Below are positions 37,540 to 51,885 of a stretch of 64,000 nt of DNA, piece after piece. Numbering within the stretch: position 1 is the stretch's first letter; the number at the start of each line of letters is the position of its first letter. The notes under the pieces were generated by a model, which saw only the letters and a program-made list of their open reading frames with translations, did no database searches and had not been told where the DNA came from. Both the position numbers and the translations under genes were made by a program. This stretch comes from Bispira polyomma (Eukaryota): positions 62,806,001 to 62,870,000 of the forward strand of contig OZ287754.1 in NCBI GenBank assembly GCA_965649765.1, given 5' to 3'.

Positions 37540-37865
37540 CTGCAAATCAGTGGCAGACTTGGCAAAGATATTTGGCCGAGGAAGAAGCCCCAAATAAGTC
37601 CTGCGATCTGAATCCAATCCCAACATCTTCGGTAAAGGAATGTAGTAACATCCTTATCAAACCAATTACAACAGTAATATAAATTTCTCATTCCAGGAAG
37701 GCATTTTTTCATCTTTAAGACTACATCTTTAAGACTATGTTTCTCCACTTCTCAAAAATCCCAGCCTTGACAGAAACATCTTCAGGAATTATAGATCTGT
37801 ATCCAATTTGACCTATGTCTCCAAACTCATCTATAAAGCTGTGGCAAAGCAAGTCTTCCGCAGTA
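37540..37865 (+). mobile_element. Short CR1/L2 LINE fragment
   Basis: NKSCDLNPIPTS.VKEC, PLLK.PSLDRNIFRNYRSVSNL. Confidence 0.75.
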
Positions 37866-38345
37866 GTAATTGTAAGTTTCAGGGGGTATACTTTGCCTAG
37901 ATGGAACAACTGACTTAATGGGTGGAAATGGAAATTACTGTATATTTTGACCTTCTGGTACTGCCTACTATACCGCCCTGATGTGGCCGGGCCATTACCA
38001 AAATATCAAACCTATATGTAGCGTCACTGATGTCTTGTGGAGATACATGTTCAAGTTGGAGGTTATTCTCACTATTTATCAAATAATACACATCTTGCAT
38101 TTGGGGTAGAATAGTACAATGGTTACGCAAAGTGAAAACATCTACATCTGTTTTCATTATAAATTACGTAATGACCCCCGATAAATGATATGCACATGAT
38201 TGTAGATTAGGCCTTGCATATAACATATTGGTTGAAGCCCTGATACATCAACAAAATACATAAACATACTCAAAATCGACATTATGATTGAAACAAATAT
38301 ATAATCATATCTTCGCCAAAGCAAGGTTATCTTTGTATGTCAGGC

Positions 38346-38648
38346 TAAAGGTACAGACTGGATCCGGATTATTTTGAAACAAACTCAAGCATTCACACAG
38401 AAGATAGATCCAAATCCGGCCCGGATAAAATTTACACAGATTTCATTTCTAATTTTTGACCGATCCGTATCCAGATCTCTGCTAAGCACCTGCAATGTAG
38501 CTTTCACATATTTAAACAAATAGACAGTCATTCTGTGCCCATGATTTGGCCGGATTTTCTGCACTATGTGATTTGAAGAAAACAAAATCTGTTTTCAGAT
38601 GCTTATGCTGATCCGGATCCGGATGTGGTTCTGATGTGTGGACCTTAA
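38346..38648. mobile_element. Probable MITE with GATCCGG subrepeats
   Basis: Imperfect inverted ends TAAAGGTACAGAC / GTGTGGACCTTAA; repeated GGATCCGGAT. Confidence 0.4.
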
Positions 38649-39670
38649 GTCTATCACTAATATTTATTAGATGGAGGTGGAGCTTAAATACTGAGTAGAA
38701 AAACCTTTGTGTGGAGGTCAGTTAAAGATTTGCTCTTCACTGACACAGATATATATTGTTATATTTTTCTTCATCCTTTTCTGTATAACCATTTTTGTAT
38801 GTTTTCTTTTTTATTTTGTGAACAATCCTGTTTAGTTTTGGTGGTTTATTGTCCCTCATAAATAAATAATGTATATATAAGTCACTTTCGTTATTTATGT
38901 AAACATATTATAAGCCTGGTTTAATGTATAGACAGTTGAATAAACTGGCCATTTCAATCCAAATGTTGTGTTTTCATCTAATATTATAAGTATTCCTAAA
39001 TTTGGGCGGAAATAAATGCTTGTATTTTGCAAGATTAGGGCAAGTCTCCACGTGGAAATAAGGAATCAGCTTGTACATTCTATCTTTATGAGTCATGTAT
39101 AATTTATTTTAATATGCACATCACAAGGGTTATTTCACTTTAAATTTATCCTCCACTTATGTTACTAGAATTATTTACTGTATGGTGTATAATAATGTAT
39201 TTCTAGTGCTGAGTCACGTCTACATACATCCATGGAGAGATATATGCATGGTGATGAAGAAATATTAACAAAGATTAATACACAATATTTTATAATTTCC
39301 AAAAAAGCTACTCTTCTAGTAACACCCTTATGAAGGTGGGGCTTGGAAATCGAAAGTGAAACAACAAAGGTGGCGGTAACTCCTTTTTTAAGCTATTGTT
39401 GCTTCCCCCCAAAATCTTTTTCAAGAAAATACCAAGCAAAGAATATGATGGGCGAGAAATCCAAAGTCACAAGCATAGGGAAACAGATGTTAAGAAAATG
39501 AAAGTTGTCTTTCACTTGCCAATTAATTGAGTCCTATTCTATTTTGACCAGTGTACGAAGTGTACAGCGACTAGGGACAAGTTAATTTTATTTAGCAATT
39601 TTATTTAGCAACATACAGTACAATACACAAACATGATTAAAATAAACAAAGGAACAAGCACAACAGAACA

Positions 39671-39925
39671 TTTTTTTTTTAATTGGGATATTTAACGTCC
39701 ACTGTAGTACCTGTTTAGGTTATATTGGGACGGGTAGTTGGAAACGCTGGAGAAAACACTGCATACAGTTGATCAAGGTTCTGCACTGAAACCAGCGGCC
39801 CACAGTAAGGAACTACCACCTTTCCCACATAGGCATCGATGGGAGTCGAACTCACGCCACCCAGAGGTGAGAGATCAGTCATTGTGAAGCACAATGCTTG
39901 CTAATTACTAGGCTACCGCGGCCCC
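39671..39925 (-). mobile_element. tRNA-derived SINE (family 1)
   Basis: Reverse complement of the 51623 copy, with A-tail. Confidence 0.92.
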
Positions 39926-40405
39926 ATAGCCTCTTAATAAGGACTTCTGGATTCCATAATATTGTCATATCTTCCATGCTAGATATTTGGTTTCCATGAA
40001 TATGTTTTAATAATTATAGTCGTACAGCCACCTGTTTTACATTTTCTGCTTCATACATATCCAATGAATAATTTCTGAAGTTTTACAAAAAAAAACACAA
40101 CAATTATAAAGGTTATTCATATTTTCATATATGTCTCTGAAAATTAAAAAAAAGAGTTGTCCAATCATATGTAGTACTTACAAATTAAGGAATAGCGACC
40201 GGTATATGGTGAACATATACCTGAGATAAAAATAGACCCAGTTAGTGTCATCAGTCTACATTATCTTATTATCTCACAAATACCACCAATAGGGGAAGAT
40301 TATGCAAACTGATTGAGATGTTAACCTCTAAGGGAGAAAATAACTATTTGAGATTTAAATATAAGTTGTCATGAACAAACACACTTGTGTAACTTCAGAA
40401 TAATC

Positions 40406-42695
40406 ATGGCCAGTCAGGAAGAGAGTAATCAGCATCTACCGGGGGTCATTTACCAGAAGACTGTAATGGTCAAGCAGCTTCTAAAGTCTCCCCCTTGATG
40501 ATAGCAGCATATTATGGTGAAATGGAAAGTGTGCAGTGAAAACTAAAGGAAGATGATCAGAGTATCGGCAAAAGAAATGTTGCCAATGCAACAGCACTGC
40601 ATTATGCAGTTGATAATAACCAGATAAAGGTTGTCGACATATTATTGGCATTCAGAGCAGATCTTGATGAGACTGATGATGAAAGACAAAGTATGTTGCA
40701 CAGATCCGTTGGCAGCAATTCAATCCAGAAGGTACATACCTGTCTACACATCGGACTTTGTATAGATTTAATTGACAAAAATGGAGATACAGCTTTGATT
40801 CTAGCAGCTAAGGATGGGAATATGGCCATTATTAAATGTTTGATCGAAAATGGATCTAATACAGCAATTAGAAATAATGACGGTCTTGACGCGGCCAAAT
40901 GTGCATTCTGTAATAAACAATTACAATCATACATTCAAAATGCAGTTTTTGAAGTCAGTGGTGGTGAAAATCAAAATAACATGCTACGATCTTGTCAAGA
41001 TGGTGACATAGACAATGTACAGAATCTGATTTCAAGACATGGTTCAAAGGTAATTAACTTCAGGCAAACTGGACATGAATGTTTAAGTCCACTTTTAGTT
41101 GCATGTAAATCAGGACATCTATAAATTGCAAAACTGTTGAAGGAAAATGGTGCCTATGTGAATATGTCAACATTGACACTATACACTCCTCTAATGATGG
41201 CCACTGTGAGGGGTCATTTAGATGTAATCCGTTTGTAAAATTTTAATTGAAATGGAGCATTATTAAATTTTAAAGGAGAAAATGGTTGCACTGCTGCTCA
41301 TTTGGCTGTGCGCCATCACTGTTTGGATACAGTTTTTGTGTAAAATGTTTTTGTTACAACACGGTACACCTGCAAATATTACAAGAGAAGATGGTATAAC
41401 TCCAATGTTACATACAGTTGAGAATAAAAATATAAGAATAATTGAATGTCTTCTAAAATATGATGCAGATGTAAATAGGTGTGACAGCTTCTTTAGGTCC
41501 CCTCTCTTTGTAGCTGTATCAAAAAAAATCTTTAACTGTCACTCAATATTTGATCCAACGAGGAGCCGATATTGACATTGCAACGCCATGTGGGTTACAA
41601 CTAAAACAGTATGCAGCTGTATTTAGCAGTAATGAGGTAACTAGGGCAATACATTGCACTGAACTTGGTCCAAACAATGGACTATTTCAACTGCCTAGTC
41701 CACAGGACGTTCAAGATAAACTCTTTGAAGTATGTCAGGCTGGATTAGGTAGTGTTGCGACTATAGACAAATTGGTAGATGCTGGTTCAAATGTGAATGG
41801 AAGAGATAAAGATGGTAGGAATTTATGCATTAATGATAGCTGTAAAGTGTGCCCAAGAGATACAAGCTAAATGGCTTGTAGAAAATGGTGCAAAAGTGAA
41901 TTCAAGAGATAATGACAAGACAGCATTACTATATGCCATACAAAGTGGATCTACAGCACTTGTTGAAACATTACTCAATGAAAAAACTGCTAAAACGGTA
42001 GATCTTGTTTGCACAGATATTAATGGAAGAAACGCTTTTTTTCGGATTGTATTAGTGATATGGCTCAGAGTTCTGTGGACATTGCTAAATTGCTGATCTT
42101 TTATGGAAGAAAAACAGGTTGTCCCAGTCCAAACTTACTTCCAATATGTATAGCATATGGAAACAGCATTATGTTGGAACACCTGCTTGATAGTTGTTGC
42201 GACCTGGGTAATCTTCCCAGTGATGTCATCATAGATGCCGGCTTATGTCTAAACGAAGAAATTGTCAAAGCATTTGTATCAAAAGTGTTTTGCAAGGAAA
42301 ATGGGCTTAATTTTTCGAAAATTACTGTGAGATTTAGTTTGGCAAATGAATGTAAGCATTTCCTGGCGATCATAGAGGACAAGTGTCACATTGTCCAGAT
42401 ATATTTTAGAATACAGATAAATTCTGGTGTTATCATAGTCCACAACTTGCTGAATTTGCAATAGAATTCATATGTATAATCTTGTATTTTGGAGAGGATC
42501 ACCATAGTAAGAAGGGTGAAGTGCTGAAAACAGCTGCAGAATATGGACTGATAAATGTAATTGGTTTAATTTTAAAAACACTTGTGACCTCTGCACATTT
42601 AGTTACATTCAAACAGGATGCACTACAGATTGCTCTCAATTGTGGGCAATATGAGGCAGCAGCTGTACTCTCAGGAGATGCTGTCATTATACAAG
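40406..42695 (+). pseudogene. Ankyrin-repeat pseudogene (single ~2.3-kb exon, at least 10 ANK repeats)
   Basis: TALHYAV, NGDTALILAAKDGN..IIKCLIENG, SPLLVACKSGH, TPLMMA, DGITPMLH, SPLFVAV, KTALLYAI; stops at 40537 and 41122 plus several frameshifts; acceptor ~40398, donor AG|GTAGG at 42695. Confidence 0.88.
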
Positions 42696-43449
42696 GTAGG
42701 AAATCAATTTGAGTATTTGTTGCGTTAGTTAATACATCAAATCAAATCAATGTATCAGTTAATGTATCAAATGTTTTACTATTGAGGTGTTTATTCTTTG
42801 TGACTATAATTCGATTTTGAATGCAGACCATGACCAACAAATAACCAACAAAATATGTTTAACCTTTCTGTATGAATGTTTATATTCTGGGACATATTGT
42901 ATGGTTTCCTTAAAAGTAGTATTGAATGGCGATAACTTTGACAAAGAAGCAACATCAAATTAAGTGACTGTTGAAATATTTGAGTCTTTATAGCACCATA
43001 ACAGTCGATAAAAGGCATGTCCTTGGCTTAATATTCTGTTATAATATTTCTAAAGTTCACTTTGTTTTTTGGGTATAGCATTTTTCCAGAAATATCAATG
43101 CATAAATAACTTTAATGGTGAAATTACAAATAGTGTTTTTAAAATGTATTTATATATACAAATACCTACAGAAACTTTGGAAATGGTATTTCAAGAATGA
43201 AGAGATAATGGTAAACGTTAAAATTTGTTGAATGTAATTTCTTAAATTTGCTGCATTATAGGTTTTGTTCAATATTATCAAATATTTCACTGCATTGATA
43301 AAAAAAAAATTAATAATTTGTGATATACCCTTAACTGAGATGTACTGCTGTTACTGAATATGCTGTATGTTTATCGCATACACTGTTTGAATGAATTTAG
43401 TATGATACAGTCCTTAACATAAATACCCCAAAGCCAACAGCATCCAGTG

Positions 43450-44250
43450 TTTCCACAAAATTCAGTTTATATACACCACTCTCCTTAGTAAAATAATATC
43501 TAATTTTAACGTAACTCATCACCTGTATGCTGATGATAAACAAATATACTTGGCACTAGATGCAAGAAACTTTGACTCCAGCATATCAAAGTTGGCAAAA
43601 TGCCTTGAGGCTGTACAAATATGGATAAAAAGTGAGGAGCTTAAACTCAACGCAGACAAAAGTGTATTTATTACTGACAATGCTACTCGTGAAAGTTTCA
43701 AACCATTCTTTCTGATCAGTCTCATTCACAACAATATGTTACCATCGAGTAAACTAAAGAACCTTGGTGTTATCTTCAACCAAGAATACTCCTGCAGTAG
43801 TCATGTAGCCAGTGTCTGCCGGGCGTGCTACTACCATTTACGCGATCTGTACAGAATATGCAGGAATGTCATTCTTGAAACTGTAGTCTAGGTGGCAAAC
43901 GCAAGACTATTACAATTCCTTGCAGTACAGTATTAATAAGGTTCCAAAGAGTCCAAAATGCCCTCTTACATATTGTGTACGTATCTGAGGCACTGCTTTG
44001 CCGTTACAGCTCATGTTGAATGGAAACAACTCCTACACACTGTCAGATCACATAATGAAATCACAGGTTTCAGAAGCCATCTGAACACCTATGACAGGCC
44101 TAACCCATCATTAGTCACCTTTTCCTTGATAGGTGCTTTTGTGTTTTGTGCTTTGGTTACCCCTGGACTTTCCGATTTTTGATATCAGTGCCTTAGAGCA
44201 TACGATCATCAATTTGGAGCTTTATAAATGTTTCAATTACATTAATTATT
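43450..44250 (+). mobile_element. Degenerate 3' fragment of CR1/L2 LINE
   Basis: HHLYADDKQIY, LKLNADK, KNLGVIF, CRACYYHLRDL; tail GTGCCTTAGAGCA...TTTATAAAT. Confidence 0.85.
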
Positions 44251-45757
44251 ATATTGTACAGAATTATTGGCCGCTATTCTCTTCTAGGTATATTTAATAT
44301 CACTTATGTTACAGACTTAAATTACTACATATTATTTGCAGTTTTTTTGGTGTTGTACATAGTGTTATTATTGCAACTCTAAGGTAGTTAGTGTTTGTTT
44401 GTAGTTGGCACCTACTCCTTGCCTTTAATGTTCACTCATTTTTAACTTTAAACAGTTAAATACAACCCAAGATTACAGCAATGTAAATGTACAAATATCT
44501 GATAATTATCTGGTGTAATGAATCGATTGTCATTATTTTAAATTTCTTCAGTATTGAATTGCCTATCTTCCCACAAAACCTGATGCAAGCCTTGTAAAAG
44601 GCTAAATAATTACCCCAACTGTGACACATGCCATAAACAAACAACCCTTTTCTGCATTGCACAGTGAGAACACAGCCATCTTTGTTTAACATATACTACA
44701 CTGAGGGAGAAAACTTTGCCCTACTTTCCTATGTCACAAAATAAAAATGATATTTTTGCTACTACTTATTGCCTCACAAATTAGACCATATATTTAATTT
44801 AACATTTAAAGCTTGTCGAATGACAAGGTCATTAAGGAGTTTATGTGATTAATCCTACTTTATTAAGGTTTTCCACAAACTCACTGAAAGTGCATAAATA
44901 TTGTGTATAAAATTTACTGTAACGGCATGTATAGACATGTGACTATGTATAATTTTTACAGCACAAATGTATAGCATGTGCATAAATGTGCTGCATACAT
45001 ACACAGTGTACATTCTAGTGTGTAACAAAAATAAAACTCTCAATTTCTCCAGAGGTTGTGGGCAAATCAAATTTCATACCCCACTGTGCTGCAGTGAGTG
45101 TGTAATCTAGACAAGATGAGGGCAGAGTTGGGGATTGCCTTTAAATTTTCACTTGTACTGGTACATAGCAGTGTGTGGTGCAGTATTTCCCATTTTTCTA
45201 TCATGGACCATATTCCTTGTACATGTTCAATAGGGTTAAATGTGATATGGTTGATGTTGACAATTACATAAAAGCATATTTGAGGGAAATGAGGATTATA
45301 GCCATTTACAGGTAGTCCTTTTGGTAATCATAATGAAATTACAATTCACTGGAAATGTAAAGTTTTATACCATATTTACTAGTTTTATGTTATAGGTCTT
45401 AATATATGTCAAAATGGTACGAATTTTTATTGTTGTCTTATTGATTTCTGGTATAAATTTGAGCAGTGAACATATCAAACACTGCTGGCTAAAACCTAAA
45501 TAAGAATTTCGTTGGACACTGAACTGTTAAATTTACTCTGTTGATACACACCATACATAATAATGTTAATACGTGTATTTAAATTAATCCTTGCATTCAA
45601 CCACAAAAGATTGAATAATTTCATAATTAACTTTTACTAAAAAGGGACAGAACGAGATATAGTAGTCTTTAAACTAGAAAATACTTTCATCGAATAGTTT
45701 ACCAATAAATGTATTTCATACTGAACCAATGTACCAAAAATGGTAATAATTAATAAT

Positions 45758-46228
45758 TCACTGTACTAGGTGATGGGGCTAACTCGGTGGTGGGGCTGGT
45801 TTAGTCTCTTTAATGTACTAGATGATGGGGCTAACTGGGTAGTGGGTCTGGTTGGTCTCATCACTGTTCTAGAGGATGGGGCTAACTAGGGGGCTATGGG
45901 ACTCACTAGGGCGCTGGTTTGGTCTCTTCACTGTACTAGATGATAGGGCTAACTAGGGGGCTGGTTTTGTCTTATCACTGTACTACATGATGGGGCTAAC
46001 TAGGTAGTGGGACTGGTTTGGTTTCTTTACTGTACTAGATTATAGGCTAACTGGGTAGTCGGGCTGGTTGGGTCTCTTCACTGTACTAGATAATGGGGCT
46101 AACTAAGTAGTGGGGCTGGTTTGGTCTCTTTACTGGACTAGATGATAGGCTCACTGGGTAGTCGGGCTGGTTGGGTCTCTTCACTGTACTAGATGATGGG
46201 GCTAACTGGGTAGTGGGGCTGGTTGGTC
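45758..46228. repeat. ~52-bp minisatellite, ~9 copies
   Basis: Recurrent CACTGTACTAGATGATGGGGCTAACTRGGTAGTGGGGCTGGTTTGGTCTCTT. Confidence 0.9.
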
Positions 46229-47708
46229 GTTCCACATTCAATTTCGATTGGCAAAATGGGCCCATTTTTGAGATCAGGCGGTCGTGGCAAAAAAATCAAT
46301 AAATTAAATATTTTGGGGGGAAAATAAATGTGTGAGGTGACCTTCTCGATCGAACTGATTGTGTCCTGTTTTGACAGGACACCGACCACGATTGACCTTG
46401 AAGTCTGTACTAAAACTGCCCCGGCTTCCCCGACCTCGGTTTGGGTCGAACCTATTGGCGATAGGATCTGACGTATCCCCCTAGAATCAACCGTATTGGC
46501 AATAAGATCTGAAGGATCTATACCCCCCCGCCCCATCTCTCACGATCGTACTTTTAATAATCAAGGTCGGGACTGCTTATGCAAAATAACTGACAAAATG
46601 GTTTTATATGTGTCCACAGCACCCTGTTTGCCCCCATTTTGGCGACCTGACCTATACGTTCAAAGAGCCAGTGTTAGGACAGGCCTGGAGTGAGATAAGA
46701 CCTATCAAACAGAACGTAATGACAATCCGATTGAACTTATGCAGCGACCACCACGCTCAGCCTCTTTTCACCCCCGAATCTATACAGACATGCCCCCGAC
46801 CTCAAAATTGGGAAGGTCAGGGACCAAATCGGAATAATGGAACCACTATTTAAGAATGTTAACATTTCCATTATAACAAAATTCTATTCAAAAAAGGCTG
46901 TAAACAAAAGCTCTCTAGTTTTTATAATTGGTGCATATAAAGGGAAATATCAAATATTCTAACCTTAGGAACCAGATTAAAACTGCATCTTATAGTCTGT
47001 GATATAATTTACATTAGTTCTAAAATGGTTATATTTGGGTAAGAAATAGTTCAGACTAATCCGAGTCAATCCGGATAGCAGATTGACCCGATTCACTGGA
47101 ACACGGGTTGAGTGTCCGCACTAGAAACTACCTAAAAAATTTTACATTACAGTGTTAATTCAGAACCTCCTTACCAAAAAAATTTTAATGACAAAGTTTT
47201 ATACCTGATAATATACATTTGAAAGCACTGTAAATTGAGGATGGCAAAATGTGCCAAAAGCTCCTAAACACCCAATTTAACACAAAAAAACACATACCAG
47301 AAGTGACATATATAATAAATACCTAATAAAAACTACTTTCCATTATTTAATACATCCATTTTATATTCTATTTAGTCAAGTGTTTGTGACGTAAACAATC
47401 AATGACAAACTACGTAGTTTTTGGTATGACACAGTTTCTTGACCATGTTTGCTGATTCATGGTTTGGTATCAGTATGTACTGTATGATAAACATTTAAAA
47501 TGAAGAAAAAGGCCATTATAAGTGATGTAATCGCATTATCGTCCACCCCCGGTTTCACTCTAATTTCGACCTAACGCCGAGTAGTTGCCAAAGACCACAA
47601 GACTTAAAATTTATTTTTATTGACATAAATTTTAAGGATAATAGAACTCATAGATACTGTGCTTTAAATCAAAAGGCAACTTAAATTAAAATTTTAACAA
47701 CTTAATTG

Positions 47709-48240
47709 TGGCATTGTTTACACTGTCCTCTTTCTCTATTCCCGTTCGGTCCCATTCTGAGAACATGTAAGAACTTGAACAAACATCTGAAAACTGGACA
47801 TAAACAGGGGTAGAACCGGGGCGAACTAGGGCGAACGGCAAGAACGGGAGCTACAGCCGAAAATTTTGAACATGCTCAAAACTTCCGTGGGGGGACGTCT
47901 CTGAAAACACATCTTGAGAGAACTTGAGAAAACGGCAGAAACGGGGAATAAACGGGACTTGAACAGGAGTTGAACTGCTCAAAACTGTGGAAACAGGGCT
48001 TAAACTGCGTAGAACTGGTGTGATCTGGCCAGAACTGGAGAGAACTTGAGAAAACGTTACATAAACTGGGCATAAACAGAGCTAAATGGGGCTAAAACGG
48101 GTCATAAACGACGGATGAAAATTTATGCAAAAGCAAATGAACATTTTCCACCTTTTCTCTCGGCCAAGTTTAGCCAAGTTCTTCAGGTCTTTAGTAAACG
48201 GCAATGTCGGGGCGTCAACTTGGACAATGTGAATGCACCA
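47709..48240. mobile_element. Probable Harbinger-like MITE
   Basis: Imperfect TIRs TGGCATTGTTTACACTGTCC / GGACAATGTGAATGCACCA; internal GAAC-rich subrepeats. Confidence 0.5.
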
Positions 48241-48544
48241 TTAGACCACTGTATTTATTCTTTTGAGGAATATCAATGTCAACTAAAATAAAACTATTAT
48301 AGACACACTGTTTTATAGCAAATGCCAACTTAAAATATTAATTTTGAATTTGTTAGGTGTGTGAAAATCCTCTTTGGCTGCTTGAGACTAAAGTGTTTAT
48401 TATTATCAAAATGGGACATCAATTTCGAATTAAAAACAACCACCTGATAATAGATATGAAGTATTTGTTTATGTTAGTATATAGAGCGTTCTCACTAAAA
48501 CTGTTTGACAAACTGGATCCGAAAAGATGGGTGGTATAAAATAT

Positions 48545-48738
48545 GGGGTATGGACAAAATTTACCTGTACAAACCATGCCCTGACATAATGTACCAAGAT
48601 TTATAGAACTTTATAATTTAAGATTTAAGATTTCTTTTTAAAAATCTGATACATTTGGTTTGGTCCATTTGGCTTTGTATTTTTTTCTGGGTACATTTTG
48701 TCTTGGTTATTTTGTCCTGGTACATGTTGTCCTACTCC
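48545..48738. mobile_element. Foldback / Mutator-like MITE
   Basis: Inverted arrays of GGACAAAAT..ACC; 9-bp flanks ATAAAATAT / ATGAATTAT (7 of 9 match). Confidence 0.55.
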
Positions 48739-51622
48739 ATGAATTATGCAGGAATCTGTTTTTCTTATATTGCATAACTCATCAAAATCAGTCTTAAAAT
48801 TAGTTTTAACATAAACATAGCTTTCATAAAATAGGAACATATTTATTGACCACTTTTGATTGATACAAAACTAAATTAAAACAGCATAAAATACCCAGAC
48901 TGATTATTTGGATTCAAATTGTTAGTATATTATTGATAAACGTTTTAAACCGTTTTATATAGAAGTCCAAAAACAACCTAAAAATAATAGGCAATTTATT
49001 AGTTATAAAGTTATTGGATATCAAATTTTAAAATATTTTATGTTGACATTTCTAGGTTTGGTATTTTTACTAAAACAGTTTATAGAACCAAGGTGTGTTA
49101 TATTGAAGCCAAACCTCTATTGTCCAAACATTTTTAAAGAGTAAGATTTTATTTGGACATATTTAGATTGTTCATAAAATAGAAGAGGAATTTTAGTATA
49201 AACAATAGAAAAATATAAATTTAGGACAAAGTATGAAAGTATGTTGACAATTTTAAAGTTTTGATAATAAAGAAAATTCACTTATACTGTATAATTACTT
49301 GTCTACTGTATAATTACTTGGTTTCTCCAGAGGTTGTGGTAAATCAATTTATACACCCCACTGTGTGTGTAATTTTGGAGAGATAAGGGGCAGAGTGGAG
49401 AAATTCTCTTACTTGTCTGCAGCAGTGATTATTTTCACTCCTAAAGAGTATCTGGTTGATAAAAGAACCAAATCGCTTCTCCTGAAATTTGTCTGGGAAG
49501 AGACAGATTGCATTATATTTATACAAGTATAGACTGGTGTGGTGGGAATTAAGCTACTTAAAACCTTATCACTGCTACACTTTACTGTCCAGGTAAAGTA
49601 ATGCTCTACTCTGGCCCTATATTAGTGAAATTAAACTCATGCTGAGTGTGACGCATGATCCAGCACTACCTACAGATAATAATCTCTAGGTGTATTTATG
49701 TAGCACATCCTTGACCTGCTTGTGGTGCAGTGTTGAGTGTTTATAAACTGCACATATATACAAAAGGTTTACAACAAAACAATGATTTGAAAAAAATACA
49801 TTTACTCTTTTTCAGAAGAGTCTATAATACTGTTTTCAATTTAGATTAAAAAAATATCATGAGAGATTTATTACACATATAAATGTAATATTTGTTTTAT
49901 AAAAGAATTGCATTTTTTAAATATTCAATGCAGCTTTATGCTCAGGCAAAGGCACCACTGACTCCAAATGTGTATATGGCTTAGGTATTTCCATATTTTC
50001 TTTGGTTAGTTGCCAATATTTTCAATTATTTCATATCTCATTTCAAGAATTATTATTTCAAATGCAATTAAATTGGGAAAATATCTGTAGGGCTAAACAG
50101 GAGGCATTGGTAGTGTAGTGGTAACACATACACCAGCCTTAATTAAATCTAAAACTAAACAAAGTTACAGGTAAAGTTTTGTACCAATTTTTTAGTTGGT
50201 ATGTACTTTAAATCAATGATGCTAAAGCCTTATAACCTGAGTAAGACTAGCCAGATTTGTTATAACTTATTCAAGAACCAGTAACAGAAAGCACTTTAAA
50301 ATGAAGTGGTACTTCAGAAAAGTGATTTTATTTAAGGTCACTGCTTCAGTGTCAAACTTAGGTCAGACACATGCTGCACAAAAAAAAATTGACCTGGCCA
50401 AGGTAGATTTCATTTGAACATTTCATTTCTATCCACTTCATTTTACATAAAAACTATTTTTTTCTTTCATTCTGGCAATGTAATTTGCCAGTTTTTCTTA
50501 CTATGGAAAACATATTCTTAATATGGAAAACAAGACATTTCTTGTTTTCCATATCAAGATTTTATTTAAATTTTGTAAAAAGATTTCTCGTTAAATATTG
50601 TATAGATAATACAAAGTTGAAATTTAAATGTAAAAACCCTTGATAATACAATCTTTAGTGCTAATCACTACCAATAAGATAAATGCTAAAACTACATCTC
50701 ATTCTATATGAAACATTTTTTCCTTAAAATAATTTGTTATAAATATAGTGGTCAAACTTGTGTACTACACTATAGAAGACTGGACATAAAGAAATATACC
50801 ATACATTATTTGTTCAGACTTCATCAGCTGATGCACCACAGGAGAGTGAGTGGATGTTGTTTTAACACCCACCAACTGCCAGGTTTATTACTTGGGAGGG
50901 AGATAAGGGAAATCTGACTCCAAAACACAGATGAGCAGTTTTGGCAGTAAACAGTAGTAGTGTATAATCATCAACAACAGTATGGTTTCAGGAGGGGAAT
51001 TCTCCAGCCATTAAAATGTAAAGGAGGTACCCATGTCAGAATGATACAGCCTTTTGCTGAAACCTGAGGTATTGAAAAGTGGAAGTAGTTGTGCTGGGGA
51101 AGTGTTTGAAAATTCAAGTTATTGTGTAGACAAATGTGGAGTTGGAATATTATGAATAGGTATACATATTGTTTGTTTACTGAAATGGTAATTACTTTAT
51201 TTGTACAATCATGATAATCTATTGTAAGGTTTCTTTATGTTGATTTAGTATGAATAGCCAAATAAATTTACCAAATAAACTGATTACTTTTGTCTTATAG
51301 CAACATATAAAGCAAAACTTTGTATAAAGTACATCTTGCAATTTCTCTCAGTAAAAATGATAAACAACAAAAAAATGTCTTTTAAAAAGATGGATCACGG
51401 TGGCTCACACTTAATTGATCGGCGAAAGCGATGCCAGTGCGTTTGCTGTGAGAAGCCGTTCACTGTTATCACCCCACAAACAAATTTAGAATGTGTTGCA
51501 TACATATAGAATGCGAGCGAGAATGAAAATCGTAGAATTTACCGTCTTTGCAGTAAATATGCATTGCAACTAAATTTTCGCAATGGATACTCACAGCAGT
51601 GGTGGACATTCAATACACACAA

Positions 51623-51885
51623 GGGGGCCGCGGTGGCCTAGTGGTTAGTAAGCATTGCGCTTCAGAGTCACTGGTCTCTCACCTCTGGGTGGCGTGAGTT
51701 CAAATCCCGTCGATGCATATGTGGGAAAGGTGGTAGTTCCTTACTGTGGGCCGCTGGTTTCAGTGCAGAACCTTGATCAACTGTATGCAGTGTTTCCTCC
51801 AGCGTTTCCAACTACCCGTCCCAATATAACCTAAACAGGTACTAGAGTGGACGTTAAATATCCAAATTTAAAAAAAAAATAACTA
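51623..51885 (+). mobile_element. tRNA-derived SINE (family 1), best-preserved copy
   Basis: A box TGGCCTAGTGG, B box GAGTTCAAATCC, A-rich tail, 13-bp TSD AATACACACAAGG. Confidence 0.95.

Noticed and set aside
50104-50135. tRNA-like 5' fragment GCATTGGTAGTGTAGTGGTAAC
   Set aside because: No anticodon arm or B box; at most a SINE-head relic.
50810-51170. Possible LTR-retrotransposon integrase tail (LLLGREIR)
   Set aside because: Single weak motif, no catalytic core visible.
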